Positions 26,058-26,439 of a stretch of 26,439 nt of DNA are shown here, one piece after another. Positions within the stretch are counted from its first letter, which is position 1; each line of letters starts with the position of its first letter. The stretch covers positions 1 through 26,439 of IMG/VR virus record IMGVR_UViG_3300037071_003817; one strand, written 5' to 3'. The notes under the pieces are model-generated. The model was given only the letters and a program-made list of their open reading frames with translations, was not told the DNA's origin and made no database searches. The position numbers and the translations under genes were made by a program. The stretch comes from a virus (Duplodnaviria > Caudoviricetes).

Positions 26058-26438
26058 TTAGTAGTGGCCTCCGCCTTTCCAGACCATTTGCATTTCGTCG
26101 ACGTAATCGAGCTCGCAGAGCACGGCGTAACGGAGGCAATCGACCGGATCCTTGCACGCCCCATGCGTCCCGTCCCGGCCGGTCCATTCCTTGAGCGCAA
26201 AGCGCAAATTCGGGCAGGTGTCCGCGATGAACAGTCGGGGCTCGTTTAGACGTTGCAGTCTCGGGGAAAACTCTCCCTGGTCGACTTCGTCGTCGTAGGC
26301 CAGGAGGGTGTTGATCTTTTCGATCGAGCCGTCGCTCCGGCTCGTGATGTTTTGCTCGCTCGGGGCCGCCCGGAAGATCAGGCCGACTTTTTCGCACTCG
26401 ATAATGTTGGTGGTCGGCGCTTCCTTGGCCAGGGTCGG
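26058..26438 (-). CDS. terL: Terminase large subunit, C-terminal nuclease part (5' end outside window)
   Basis: Manual translation: ..INTLLAYD..NEPRLFIADTCPNLRFALKEWTGRDG..KDPVDCLRY..GGGHY*; the D..D.LRY motif ends RNase H-like terminase nuclease domains; upstream of portal. Confidence 0.85.
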   Translation of the reverse strand, partial: PTLAKEAPTTNIIECEKVGLIFRAAPSEQNITSRSDGSIEKINTLLAYDDEVDQGEFSPRLQRLNEPRLFIADTCPNLRFALKEWTGRDGTHGACKDPVDCLRYAVLCELDYVDEMQMVWKGGGHY

Positions 26439-26439
26439 C

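Noticed and set aside
1-26439. CRISPR array, integrase/att site, transposase, DGR or reverse transcriptase
   Set aside because: No regularly spaced repeats or diagnostic motifs seen; prophage versus free phage and host identity cannot be decided from this window.

Overview
The window is a ~64% GC (by-eye estimate) fragment of a tailed, podovirus-like phage or prophage late region, with essentially all real genes on the minus strand. Read from the right end: terminase large subunit (partial), five small accessory genes (Zn-finger, HTH, Lar-like, coiled-coil, SH3/Zn-ribbon), portal, a free-standing glycoside-hydrolase-like gene, scaffold, DUF5309/SU10-type major capsid, capsid decoration-like gene, an intergenic tRNA-like RNA structure, a 1230-aa esterase + glycoside hydrolase + head-tail adaptor fusion, two signal-peptide-bearing fibre/spike-like proteins, a free-standing paralogous esterase, a lysis cassette (three membrane proteins and a GH108 endolysin), a P22 gp10-like tail hub, tandem tail-module genes, GNAT-like and cupin genes, and ejection proteins ending in a large polyvalent protein (RlpA-like and ParB-like domains) that runs off the left end. 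The three most unusual items are (1) a candidate glycan deacylation/depolymerisation system present both fused to the neck adaptor and as two separate paralogs, (2) an 88-nt tRNA mimic with a closed anticodon arm and extended acceptor stem after the capsid genes, and (3) virion-like proteins with Sec-type signal peptides. Family calls come from motif recognition and synteny, not database searches. Several starts were moved from the ORF track to downstream ATGs supported by ATGA overlaps or Shine-Dalgarno sites.
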